Shown here piece after piece: positions 23,519-32,078 of a DNA stretch of 35,040 nucleotides. Origin of the DNA: Myxococcales bacterium (GTDB lineage Bacteria > Myxococcota > Myxococcia > Myxococcales > 40CM-4-68-19). The position numbers and the translations under genes are program-made. Each line of letters begins with the position of its first letter. Position 1 is the first letter of the stretch. The notes below the pieces were generated by a model that was not told the DNA's origin, ran no database searches, and saw only the letters and a program-made list of their open reading frames with translations. Location of the stretch: assembly GCA_035498355.1 (NCBI GenBank), contig DATKAG010000541.1, positions 1-35,040 of the forward strand, read 5' to 3'.

Positions 23519-24910
23519 ATGCCCAAGGAACGCATCCTCGTCGTCGACGACGAGCAGAACGCCCGCTCTGCGCTCCGCCTCATCCTCAGCGAGGAAGGCT
23601 ACGAGATCGCCGAGGCCGAGGACGGAGAGGCCGCGCTGGCCCGGCTGGAGGAGTTCGCCCCCGCCGTGGTGCTGGCGGACGTGCGCATGCCCAGGATGGA
23701 CGGGCTGACCCTGCTGCGCACCGCCAAGGAGCGGGGGAGCGACGCCATCTTCATCATGATGACCGCCTTCGGCACGGTGGAGGCGGCGGTGGAGGCGATG
23801 CGCGCCGGCGCGGAGAACTTCCTCACCAAGCCGCTGGACGTGAACTCGGTGCTGGTCTTCCTGCAGAAGGCGTTGGAGAAGCGCAAGCTGGTGCGCGAGT
23901 CGCAGGCGCTGCGGGAGCGGGTGCGGGAGCGCTACCGGATCAGCGGCATGGTGGGCGAGGCCCCCGAGCTGCAGGCCGTCTACCAGGTGGTGAAGCAGGC
24001 CGCGCCCACCCGGGCCACCGTGCTCATCCTGGGCGAGTCCGGCACCGGCAAGGAGCTGATCGCCCAGGCGGTGCACGAGGAGAGCGACCGGGCGCAGAAG
24101 CCGTTCGTCAAGGTGAGCTGCGCGGCCCTCTCCGAGACCCTGCTGGAGAGCGAGCTGTTCGGGCACGAGAAGGGCTCCTTCACCGGGGCGATTGCGCGCA
24201 AGGAGGGCCGCTTCGAGCTGGCCGACGGCGGGACGCTCTTCCTCGACGAGATCGGCGAGATCACCCCTTCCACCCAGGTGAAGCTCTTGCGGGCCCTGCA
24301 GACCCGGGAGTTCGAGCGGGTGGGCGGGACGCAGACCATCAAGGTGGACGTCCGCCTGGTGGCCGCCACCAACCGCGACCTGGTGGCGGAGGTGAAGGCA
24401 GGGAAGTTCCGCGAGGACCTCTTCTACCGGCTGAACGTGGTGGCGGTGACGCTGCCGCCCCTGCGGCGGCGCAAGGGCGACATCCCCGCCCTGGTGAGCC
24501 ACTTCGTGGAGAAGTACGCGGCCAACTACGGCAAGGAGGTGAAGGGCCTCGCTCCCGGCACCCTCAACGCCCTGCTCGCCTACGACTGGCCGGGCAACGT
24601 CCGCGAGTTGGAGAACGCGGTGGAGCGCGCGGTGGTGCTCTGCAAGGGCCGGGAGCTGACTGCGGACGATCTCCCGCCCACCATGCAGGGGCCTCGCCCC
24701 GCCGGCCGCGACGCCAACAGCCTCATCCCCGGGGCCACCATGGCGGAGATCGAGCGGGAGGCCATCCTCCGCACCATGGAGATGGTGGGCGGCTCCACCG
24801 CCAAGGCGGCGGACATGCTGGGCATCTCCATCCGCAAGATCCAGTACCGGCTGAAGGAGTATTCGGGCGAGGTGCCCCCGCACACGGGCGATCACGAGCC
24901 CGAGGCATAG
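23519..24910 (+). CDS. NtrC-family sigma-54-dependent response regulator, paralog 2
   Basis: Collinear with the 20158..21564 product, roughly three-quarters identical by eye. Shares GESGTGKE and [15 protein letters not shown], and the HTH is almost identical ([19 protein letters not shown]). Confidence 0.92.
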   Translation: MPKERILVVDDEQNARSALRLILSEEGYEIAEAEDGEAALARLEEFAPAVVLADVRMPRMDGLTLLRTAKERGSDAIFIMMTAFGTVEAAVEAMRAGAENFLTKPLDVNSVLVFLQKALEKRKLVRESQALRERVRERYRISGMVGEAPELQAVYQVVKQAAPTRATVLILGESGTGKELIAQAVHEESDRAQKPFVKVSCAALSETLLESELFGHEKGSFTGAIARKEGRFELADGGTLFLDEIGEITPSTQVKLLRALQTREFERVGGTQTIKVDVRLVAATNRDLVAEVKAGKFREDLFYRLNVVAVTLPPLRRRKGDIPALVSHFVEKYAANYGKEVKGLAPGTLNALLAYDWPGNVRELENAVERAVVLCKGRELTADDLPPTMQGPRPAGRDANSLIPGATMAEIEREAILRTMEMVGGSTAKAADMLGISIRKIQYRLKEYSGEVPPHTGDHEPEA

Positions 24911-24917
24911 CCGCCCT

Positions 24918-26003
24918 TCAAGCTCTCGGCAGGCGGACCCAGAAGCGGGCCCCGCCCAGCGGCGACTTCTCGTACCCGATCGAGCCGCCGTGCTGGATGA
25001 CGATGGCGTGCACGATGGGCAGGCCCAGCCCGGAGCCGGACGCCTTGGTGGTGAAGAAGGGCTCGAAGATCCGCTCGGCGTTCTCCGGGGGGATACCCGG
25101 GCCGCTGTCGTCCACCGCCAGCACCACGTCCCGGTCCACCGCCCGGGCGGTGACCCGCACCCGGCCGCCCCTGGGGGCGGCCTCCAGGGCGTTGAGGGCC
25201 AGGTTCATCATCACCTGCCGCAGCCGCTCCGCGTCTCCCAGCACGGAGGGGAGGTCCGGCGCGATCTGCTGCTCGAGCGCGATCCCCCGGCGCTCCGCGT
25301 CGCCGCCCAGAAGCCCCAGCACGGCTTCCAGCACCCCCTGGACCTCCACCGGCCGCGCGTCCAGCTCCCGCGGCCGGGCGAACTGGAGGAAGTCCTCCAA
25401 CAGGTGCTCCAGCCGGCGGATCTCGTCGCGCACCAGCCCCAGCGGCTCCAGCAGTGGGCCCTGCAGGTCCTCGGTCAGCTTGCAAATGCGCCGCTCCAGC
25501 ACCGCGAGCTGCAGCCCGGCCGCGTTCAAGGGATTGCGGATTTCGTGGGAGATGCCCGCCGTCAACGTCCCCACCGCCGCCAGCTTCTCCGCCACTTGCG
25601 CCCGCCGGGCCAGCTCGCGCTTCTCCGCGTGCAGCCTCACCTGGCGCAGCGCCTGCTCGATGGTGAGGAGCAAGTCGGCGGTGCTGCAGGGCTTCACCAG
25701 GTAGGCGAAGGCGCCCGCCCGCACCGCTCCGATGGCCGTTTCCAGGGTGGCGAACCCGGTGAGGAGCACGATCTCGCCCCCGGGGGAGAGATCCTTGAGC
25801 TGCACCGCCAGCGCCGTGCCCGAGGCGTCGGGCAGGCGCAGGTCGACCAGGGCCACGTCGAACCCCGACCCGGCCTTCTCCAGCGCCTGGGCCGCCGAGG
25901 GCGCGACGGCCACCCGGTACTCCTCCTCCTCGAGGATCTGGCGCAGGTTGTCGAGCAGGGCGGTGTTGTCGTCCACCACCAGGATGCGGGCATCCTTGCT
26001 CAA
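24918..26003 (-). CDS. Receiver-fused histidine kinase (REC-HisKA-HATPase_c)
   Basis: N-terminal REC (ILVVDDN...[13 protein letters not shown]...VKP), H-box [12 protein letters not shown] box [10 protein letters not shown] boxes DDSGPGI and GSGLGL. The apparent TTG start (26003) overlaps the upstream gene's TGA. Confidence 0.85.
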   Translation of the reverse strand: MSKDARILVVDDNTALLDNLRQILEEEEYRVAVAPSAAQALEKAGSGFDVALVDLRLPDASGTALAVQLKDLSPGGEIVLLTGFATLETAIGAVRAGAFAYLVKPCSTADLLLTIEQALRQVRLHAEKRELARRAQVAEKLAAVGTLTAGISHEIRNPLNAAGLQLAVLERRICKLTEDLQGPLLEPLGLVRDEIRRLEHLLEDFLQFARPRELDARPVEVQGVLEAVLGLLGGDAERRGIALEQQIAPDLPSVLGDAERLRQVMMNLALNALEAAPRGGRVRVTARAVDRDVVLAVDDSGPGIPPENAERIFEPFFTTKASGSGLGLPIVHAIVIQHGGSIGYEKSPLGGARFWVRLPRA

Positions 26004-26704
26004 AGGGCGCTCCTCTGCTGGTGGATGCGTTCGATGGTCCGCAGGAGCGCCCCGGTATCGAAGGGCTTGGCGAAGACCGTCGCCCCGCTCTCGCTCATCC
26101 CCTCGGCGAAAGCGGTGATGACGATCTGCGGCAGGTCGGGGAAGCGCCGGGCGAGCAGGTGCATCGCCTGGCCGTCGGGCCCTCCCGGGACCCGCCGGTC
26201 CACCAGGGCGAGGAAGGGGCGCACGTCGCCGAACCGCTCCGCGTCCGCGATGGAGCGCGCGGTCACCGCCGAGAAGCCGTGGTCGCGCAGGGTCTCGCAG
26301 AGGTTGTCGGCCAGGCCGGCGTCGTCCTCCACCAGCGCTACCAGCGCGTCGCGGCGGGCCGCCTGGAGCAGCTCCAGCAACCGGGGAACGGGGACGGGCT
26401 TGGGAAGGACCGCCAGGATTCCTTCGTTGCGGGCGGCCGCCAAGTCGTCATCGCCGGTGTAGGCCGTCACCACGATGGTGGGAAGCTGGGAATCGCCGCG
26501 GCGGATCTCGTGCACCAGCCGGGCGCCGCTCATCACCGGCATGCGCATGTCGGTGACCAGGGCGTCGAAGCGGCGCTCCCGGGCCGCACGCAGCGCCGCC
26601 TCGGCGCCGGGGGCGGTGACCACCTCGTGGCCGGCATCGCGCAGGATCTCCGCCAGGTTCTCCGCGAAGGCCGCGTTATCGTCCACCAGGAGGAACGTCT
26701 TCAT
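26000..26704 (-). CDS. Output-less response regulator with two tandem receiver domains
   Basis: 234 aa. REC1 is FLLVDDN...ALVTD(52)MRMPVMSG...PKP. REC2 is ALVEDD...LALVD(169)RRVPGGPDG...AKP. ATGA overlap with the upstream kinase. Confidence 0.85.
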   Translation of the reverse strand: MKTFLLVDDNAAFAENLAEILRDAGHEVVTAPGAEAALRAARERRFDALVTDMRMPVMSGARLVHEIRRGDSQLPTIVVTAYTGDDDLAAARNEGILAVLPKPVPVPRLLELLQAARRDALVALVEDDAGLADNLCETLRDHGFSAVTARSIADAERFGDVRPFLALVDRRVPGGPDGQAMHLLARRFPDLPQIVITAFAEGMSESGATVFAKPFDTGALLRTIERIHQQRSAL

Positions 26705-27846
26705 GCGGCGGCCCTCGGCAGCCGGACCACGAAGCGCGCGCCCAGGCTGCCGGGAGCATAACCGATGGTGCCACCGTGCCGCTCGACGATGCGCTTGACC
26801 AGGGCCAGGCCCAGCCCGATGCCCTTGGCCTTGGTGGTGACCAGGGGCTCGAAGAGCCGGGCGCGGATGGAGGGATCGATGCCCTTGCCGCTGTCCTCGA
26901 TTTCCACCTCCGCCTGGCCCTGCTCCGTCCCCGCCCGCACCCAGACCTTGCCCCGCTCGCCGACGGCGTGGACGGCGTTGTCGATCAAGTTGACGAACAC
27001 CTGGCGGAGCTGGCCAGCATCGCCCTCCACCTCCGGCAGGCGAGCCAGCCCCTGAAGCTCCAGCTCCACCTGCGCCGGCCGGCCCACCGCCGCCGCCGCC
27101 GCCTCGATCACCTGCGCCAGGGCCAGCCGCTCCCGGGCCAGCGGCTTCTCCCGGATCATGTCCAAGAGATCGGTGATGATGCTGTTGGCGATCCCCAGCT
27201 GCTCGCCGATGCGCTCCACGTGCTTTTCCGCCCGCTCGTCGCCCTTGGTGCGGTTGCGGAGGATGAAGAGGGAAGTCTCCATCACTCCCAGGGGATTGCG
27301 CAGCTCGTGCCCGATGGAGCCCACCAGCTGCCCGAAGGTGGAGAGGCGCTCCACCCGCGACTGCTGGGCCAGCAGGTCCTCCCGGTAGGTGTGGAGCATG
27401 ATGGCCAGCTCGATGTCCAGCGCCTTGCCCAGGGCGGCGCGGGCCGCGGCCAGCTCCTCGGGGCGGTCGCGGTAGTGGACGTCGATCACCGAGTTCAGCT
27501 GCCGCCGGAACACGTTCATGGCCGCGAACATGTAGTGCTGGGGCAGGGCGATGCGCACGTGGACCCGGCCGATCCGGCAGCGGAGCTCGAAGTATTCCTG
27601 GTCCCAGGGCCCTAGCAGCAGGCGGTCCATCCAGGCGATGAGCGTGCCCTTGAGCCTGCCCACCGCGCTCTCGCCCCCCACCAGGGCCTTGCGCGCCTCG
27701 TCGTGGAGGAGGATCCGGTCGTAGAAGACGTCTGCCACCCGCTCGAAATGAGGCTGCGCCACGGAGTGCAGGGCGCGGAGGGCGGATTCGTCCCCGGAGT
27801 TCCAGTCTACGTACCTCTGCAGCTCTTGCAGCAAGGTCTCCGCCAT
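26701..27846 (-). CDS. Globin-coupled (protoglobin sensor domain) histidine kinase
   Basis: The N-terminal 150 aa carry sensor-globin signatures: distal Tyr in DVFYDRIL and proximal His in [20 protein letters not shown]. These are followed by H-box [12 protein letters not shown] and the HATPase N/G boxes ([21 protein letters not shown]). Start is the ATG at 27846; the rest of ORF 26701..28161 is antisense to the CBS gene. Confidence 0.85.
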   Translation of the reverse strand: MAETLLQELQRYVDWNSGDESALRALHSVAQPHFERVADVFYDRILLHDEARKALVGGESAVGRLKGTLIAWMDRLLLGPWDQEYFELRCRIGRVHVRIALPQHYMFAAMNVFRRQLNSVIDVHYRDRPEELAAARAALGKALDIELAIMLHTYREDLLAQQSRVERLSTFGQLVGSIGHELRNPLGVMETSLFILRNRTKGDERAEKHVERIGEQLGIANSIITDLLDMIREKPLARERLALAQVIEAAAAAVGRPAQVELELQGLARLPEVEGDAGQLRQVFVNLIDNAVHAVGERGKVWVRAGTEQGQAEVEIEDSGKGIDPSIRARLFEPLVTTKAKGIGLGLALVKRIVERHGGTIGYAPGSLGARFVVRLPRAAA

Positions 27847-27908
27847 GCGCGGGAACGTACCGGCAGCGGAAGGCGGCCGGCAACGGTTCGCCCGGTAATC
27901 TTGCGCGC

Positions 27909-27924
27909 TGCAAGCGTCAAGCCT
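27909..27924 (-). promoter_or_regulatory. Candidate sigma-54 promoter for the globin-kinase operon (also contains a TTGACG -35-like hexamer)
   Basis: The minus strand reads AGGCTTGACGCTTGCA with exact GG-N10-GC spacing and a TTGCA -12 box. The leader would be about 50 nt. Confidence 0.3.
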
Positions 27925-27993
27925 CGCTTTTTGCGGAGTTTTTGCGCAGAACTTGCGCGCCGGGACCCCCGGCGCGCCGGCCGCGGCGCAAGT

Positions 27994-28022
27994 GGTTCGC
28001 CCGGGAGAACCGGTTCGCCCGG
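27994..28022 (+). repeat. Tandem direct repeat GGTTCGCCCGGG x2 (18-nt period) with an embedded palindrome GAACCGGTTC; third copy at 27885-27895
   Basis: Read directly: tGGTTCGCCCGGGagaaccGGTTCGCCCGGGtg. A third GGTTCGCCCGG lies at 27885. Confidence 0.7.
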
Positions 28023-28078
28023 GTGAAAGGCCCCCCGGGGGGTGGCCCGGCGCTTGCTGCCAAAAAGGGCAAGCCGCG

Positions 28079-28471
28079 ATGCGCATCGTCGAGCAGTACA
28101 TGAGTCGCGAGCCCGCGACGATCGGCAAGGACGAGCCGCTCGTGGCCGCCCACCGGCTCATGCAGACCCATCGGATCCGCCACTTGCCGGTCCTCCACCA
28201 GGGCCGGATCGTGGGCGTGGTCAGCGAGCGCGACCTCTACCTGCTAGAGACGGTGAAGAACGTCGACCCGCGGCGCGAGCCGGTGGAGGAGGCGATGACC
28301 GCCTTCCCCTTCACTGTTCCGCCGGACGCTCCCCTGGCCGACGTCGCCCGGCAGATGTGGAAGCACCGCTACGGCTCCGCCCTGGTGGTGAAGGACGGCA
28401 GCCTGGTTGGCATCTTCACCCGCGCCGACGCGCTGCGGGCGTTGACCGAGATCGATCCCCCGCGCGCCTGA
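28079..28471 (+). CDS. Stand-alone CBS-pair domain protein
   Basis: 130 aa with two CBS repeats ([44 protein letters not shown] and [47 protein letters not shown]). Confidence 0.8.
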   Translation: MRIVEQYMSREPATIGKDEPLVAAHRLMQTHRIRHLPVLHQGRIVGVVSERDLYLLETVKNVDPRREPVEEAMTAFPFTVPPDAPLADVARQMWKHRYGSALVVKDGSLVGIFTRADALRALTEIDPPRA

Positions 28472-28610
28472 GCAGCGCGCTGCCCTGCGCGGGAAGGCGC
28501 GGTGCGCGGCGCGGAACGGCGGCCGCCGCGCTGGGCACACCCCTTCCACCGAAGTCGTCTGGCGCACGGCAATTCCTTCCCCGTGGCGGCGAATTTCCGA
28601 CACCCGGGAA

Positions 28611-28626
28611 TGGCGGGCGACTTGCT
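28611..28626 (+). promoter_or_regulatory. Candidate sigma-54 promoter for the PilZ-like gene
   Basis: TGGCGGGCGACTTGCT with exact GG-N10-GC spacing and a TTGCT -12 box. The predicted start site near 28637 is followed by SD GGAGGG (28641-28646) and the ATG at 28654. Confidence 0.4.
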
Positions 28627-28653
28627 GTGGCGCGATCCGGGGAGGGATGGGGA

Positions 28654-29313
28654 ATGGCGTTGCGGCTTCGCTACCAGATCGACAGCGCGCGCCGGCTGCG
28701 CAAGCACGTCCACCTGGTTGATGGGGCGGGCTACTTCTTCTTTTCCGCGGCCGTCGCGCCCAAGGGCACGCTGGCGTCCCTGGAGATCGACTTCACTTCC
28801 ACCGCCCAGGTGGCGCTGATGCGCGGTTGGGTCTGGGCCCGCTCCGCCGGCGGAGGGCTGTGGCTGGAACTGGCGGGAGCGGAGAAGTGCCTGGACAAGC
28901 TCGATCGCGCGCTGCAGCGGCGCGAACCCCGCCTGGCCAGCGACCAGCTCGTCCTGGCGGAGCCCGAGGGGTTGCCTGCCCTCCTTTGCCGCCTGCGGGA
29001 GGTGAGCGGGAGAGGGGCCCGTCTGGCGGCGATGCCCGCGGACGCCGGGGAACCCGGGCAGAGGATGCGGGTGAAGCTGGCGGAAGCGGGCCCATCGGGC
29101 GAACAGCTGACGGCCTGCGGCCGCGTGGTCTGGGCCTCCGAGGGGGAGATCGGCATCGAGTGGCAGGGCAGCGATCCCGCGGTTCACCCGGCCGTCCGCC
29201 GGCTGCTCCAGAACGCCCGCCGGGAATGGGAGGAGGCAAAGACGGCCTCCCACCCCGGCGCCTGCCGCTGCCTGGGCCGCTGCGGCCCGCCACCCCTGGT
29301 CCTTCTGGGCTGA
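28654..29313 (+). CDS. PilZ-like (putative c-di-GMP-binding) protein with a Cys-rich C-terminal tail
   Basis: The second half has RxxxR (RREPR) followed about 30 aa later by a (D/N)xSxxG-like EVSGRG, then a beta-rich segment (MRVKL...CGRVVWASEGEIGIEW). The tail is HPGACRCLGRCGPP. The N-terminal half looks like a degenerate second PilZ/YcgR-N-like barrel. Confidence 0.45.
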   Translation: MALRLRYQIDSARRLRKHVHLVDGAGYFFFSAAVAPKGTLASLEIDFTSTAQVALMRGWVWARSAGGGLWLELAGAEKCLDKLDRALQRREPRLASDQLVLAEPEGLPALLCRLREVSGRGARLAAMPADAGEPGQRMRVKLAEAGPSGEQLTACGRVVWASEGEIGIEWQGSDPAVHPAVRRLLQNARREWEEAKTASHPGACRCLGRCGPPPLVLLG

Positions 29314-29314
29314 C

Positions 29315-31435
29315 TCAGCCGACGCGGCGCAGCAAGACCAGGCTGCGCGCCTGCACCTCCAGCTTCGCCCCCGCCTCCAGCGGCTGCCCGCGCCGCGACC
29401 GGCGCAGCTCCGGCGGGTTCTCCGAGGCGGTGTCCAGCACCCGCTGCCAGCGCTTGCCGAACCGCTCCTGTGGGAGCTGGAACTGCAGCGGCTCGTGGTG
29501 CGCGTTGAAGATGGCGTAGAAGTCGTCGTCCTTCACCCTCTCCCCGTGCTCCCCGGGGCGCTGCATGGAGGCCCCGTTGAGGAACACCCCCAGCGACTTG
29601 GCGTAGCCGGCGCGCCAGTTCTCCTCCGACATCTCCTGCCCCTCGGGGGTGAACCAGGCCAGGTCCTTCACCTCCGTCCCGTGCAGCTCGCTGCCCTGGA
29701 ACCATCCCCGGCGGCGGAAGATGGGATGTTCCGCCCGCAGCTTGATCAGCCCCCGGGCGAACTCCAGCAGGTCCTCGTCCAGGTGCTCCCAGTCCACCCA
29801 GGACAACTCGTTGTCCTGGCAGTATCCGTTGTTGTTCCCTTGCTGGGTGCGGCCCAACTCGTCGCCGCAGAGGAGCATGGGCACCCCCTGTGAAAGGAGC
29901 AGGGTGGTGAGCAGGTTGCGCTGCTGCCGGGCGCGGAGCCGGAGCACGCCCGGGTCCTGCGTCTCTCCCTCCGCCCCGCAGTTCCAGGAGCGGTTGTCGT
30001 TGGCCCCGTCGCGGTTCTCCTCCTTGTTCGCCTGGTTGTGCTTGCTGTCGTAGGAAACCAGGTCGCGCAGGGTGAACCCGTCATGGGCGGTGATGAAGTT
30101 GATCGAGGCGTACGGCCTTCGCCCCGTGCTGGCGTACAGGTCCGAGGAGCCGGTGAACCGGTAGGCGACCTCCCCCAGCAACGAATCCTTCCCCCGCCAG
30201 TAGTCGCGCACGGTGTCGCGGTACTTCCCGTTCCACTCCGACCACTGCGGCGGAAAGTTCCCCACCTGGTAGCCGCCTTCCCCCACGTCCCAGGGCTCGG
30301 CGATCAGCTTCACCCGCGAGACCACCGGGTCCTGCTGGATGAGGTCGAAGAACGCGCTCAGCCGGTCCACCTCGTGCAGCTCGCGGGCCAGGGCGGAGGC
30401 GAGGTCGAAGCGGAACCCATCCACGTGCATCTCCTGGATCCAGTAGCGCAAGGAATCCATCAGGAGCTGCAGCATGTACGGCTGCCGCATGTTGAGCGAG
30501 TTCCCCGTGCCCGTGTAGTCCATGTAGTAGCGGGGGTTGTCCGGCATGGTGCGGTAGTAGGCCGCGTTGTCGATCCCCTTGAAGGAGAGCATGGGGCCCA
30601 GCTGGTTGCCCTCGCAGGTGTGGTTGTAGACCACGTCGAGGAACACCTCGATCTCCGCCCGGTGCAGCGCCTTCACCATCGCCTTGAACTCGTGCACCTG
30701 CTCCCCGCGCTGCCCCCGCCCCGAGTACTCGTTGTGGGGGGCGAAGAAGCCGATGGTGTCGTAGCCCCAGTAGTTGCGCAGCCCCGCGTCCAGGAGGCGC
30801 TGGGAGTGCACGAACTGGTGGATGGGCAGGAGCTCCACGGCGGTCACGCCCAGCCGCTGCAAGTGCTCGATGGCGGCGGGCGAGGCGAGCCCGGCATACT
30901 TCCCCCGCTGCTCCTCGGGCACGTCCGGGTGGCGCTGGGTGAAGCCCTTGACGTGCACCTCGTAGACCACGGTCTCGTGCCAGGGCCTTCGCGGCGGGCG
31001 GTCGTCGCTCCAGTCGAAGTAGGGGTTGGTCACCACGCAGCGGGGCATGAAGGGCGCGCTGTCCGCCCCGTTCAGCGCCAGGTCCCCCTCCGCGAACTTG
31101 TAGGGATAGACGGCCTCGTCCCACTTGGGATGCCCTTCGATGGCCCTGGCGTAGGGGTCGATCAAGAGCTTGGCCGGGTTGCAGCGGGCGCCTCTTTCCG
31201 GCTCCCAGGGGCCGTGCACCCGGTACCCGTACCGCTGGCCCGGCTCGATGCCGGCGAGGTAGGCGTGCCAGACGTAGCCGGTCTTCTCCGGCAAGGGGAT
31301 GCGCTGCTCGTTCCCGGAGCGGTCGTAAAGGCAGAGCTCCACCTTGGTGGCCACCTCCGAGAAGAGGGCGAAGTTGGTACCGGCGCCGTCGTAGATGGCG
31401 CCCAGGGGATAAGGTCGGCCAGGCCAGATTCGCAT
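29315..31435 (-). CDS. glgX: Glycogen debranching enzyme GlgX (GH13)
   Basis: MRIWPGRPYPLGAIYDGAGTNFALFSE N-terminus. GH13 blocks VFLDVVYNHT, GFRFDLA, LIAEPWD and FITAHDGF. 706 aa. Confidence 0.92.
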   Translation of the reverse strand: MRIWPGRPYPLGAIYDGAGTNFALFSEVATKVELCLYDRSGNEQRIPLPEKTGYVWHAYLAGIEPGQRYGYRVHGPWEPERGARCNPAKLLIDPYARAIEGHPKWDEAVYPYKFAEGDLALNGADSAPFMPRCVVTNPYFDWSDDRPPRRPWHETVVYEVHVKGFTQRHPDVPEEQRGKYAGLASPAAIEHLQRLGVTAVELLPIHQFVHSQRLLDAGLRNYWGYDTIGFFAPHNEYSGRGQRGEQVHEFKAMVKALHRAEIEVFLDVVYNHTCEGNQLGPMLSFKGIDNAAYYRTMPDNPRYYMDYTGTGNSLNMRQPYMLQLLMDSLRYWIQEMHVDGFRFDLASALARELHEVDRLSAFFDLIQQDPVVSRVKLIAEPWDVGEGGYQVGNFPPQWSEWNGKYRDTVRDYWRGKDSLLGEVAYRFTGSSDLYASTGRRPYASINFITAHDGFTLRDLVSYDSKHNQANKEENRDGANDNRSWNCGAEGETQDPGVLRLRARQQRNLLTTLLLSQGVPMLLCGDELGRTQQGNNNGYCQDNELSWVDWEHLDEDLLEFARGLIKLRAEHPIFRRRGWFQGSELHGTEVKDLAWFTPEGQEMSEENWRAGYAKSLGVFLNGASMQRPGEHGERVKDDDFYAIFNAHHEPLQFQLPQERFGKRWQRVLDTASENPPELRRSRRGQPLEAGAKLEVQARSLVLLRRVG

Positions 31436-31483
31436 CCCGCAACGTTCTGGATCGCACGCCCCGGGCGCAAGCCCGCCCGCCCT

Positions 31484-32062
31484 TCAAGCGTTCGCCGCCC
31501 GCCGCTGGCGCCGGACCAGCCTGCGCTTCAGTAGGAGCGGCACCACCAGCACCAGGGCGATGACGGCGGCGATGGCGAGCTCCAGCAGGCGCACCCGGTG
31601 CTCCAGCGCCGCCGACTGGCCGAACTCGTACCCGAGGCCCACCAGCAGCGCCACCTCCAAGAGTCCCACCGCCCCGTCGATCAGGGCGAAGCGGAGGAGC
31701 GGATACCTGGAGCCGCCGATGGCCAGGTAGACCGGCCCGCGCAGGGCCACCAAAAAGCGCCCGAGGATGATGGCGCGAAAGCCGTGCTTGTGGACGAGCT
31801 CCTCGCCCCAGCGGCGCAGCTCCGGCGACACCAGCCGTCTTCCCAGCCGGGTGCGCAACAGGCCGGGGAGGAAGGAGCGCCCCACCAGGTACGAGGCGGT
31901 GTCTCCGAGGATGATGGCCAGCCAGGAGGAGAGCCACGCCGCCCAGAGCGGCAACGCCCCGGCATGGGCCCACCACCCGGCGCCCAGGAGGGCCAGCTCC
32001 TCCGGCAAGGGAAGCGCCAGCGTGGAGAGCACCGCTCCGAAGATCGCCAGGGCGGCGTACAC
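31484..32062 (-). CDS. DedA/VTT-family membrane protein
   Basis: LPLPEELALLGAGWW, LGDTASYLVGR and GRFLVALRGPVYLAIG are typical DedA blocks. GTG at 32062 chosen because the ATG at 32131 would overlap the upstream kinase by 53 nt. The start is uncertain. Confidence 0.7.
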   Translation of the reverse strand: MYAALAIFGAVLSTLALPLPEELALLGAGWWAHAGALPLWAAWLSSWLAIILGDTASYLVGRSFLPGLLRTRLGRRLVSPELRRWGEELVHKHGFRAIILGRFLVALRGPVYLAIGGSRYPLLRFALIDGAVGLLEVALLVGLGYEFGQSAALEHRVRLLELAIAAVIALVLVVPLLLKRRLVRRQRRAANA

Positions 32063-32078
32063 GTTCCCCCAAGGTAGC

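Noticed and set aside
28472-28483. 12-bp palindrome GCAGCGCGCTGC right after the CBS gene stop, considered as a terminator
   Set aside because: It could form only a 4-bp stem and has no U-tract. GC-rich self-complementary words of this type are frequent in this sequence.
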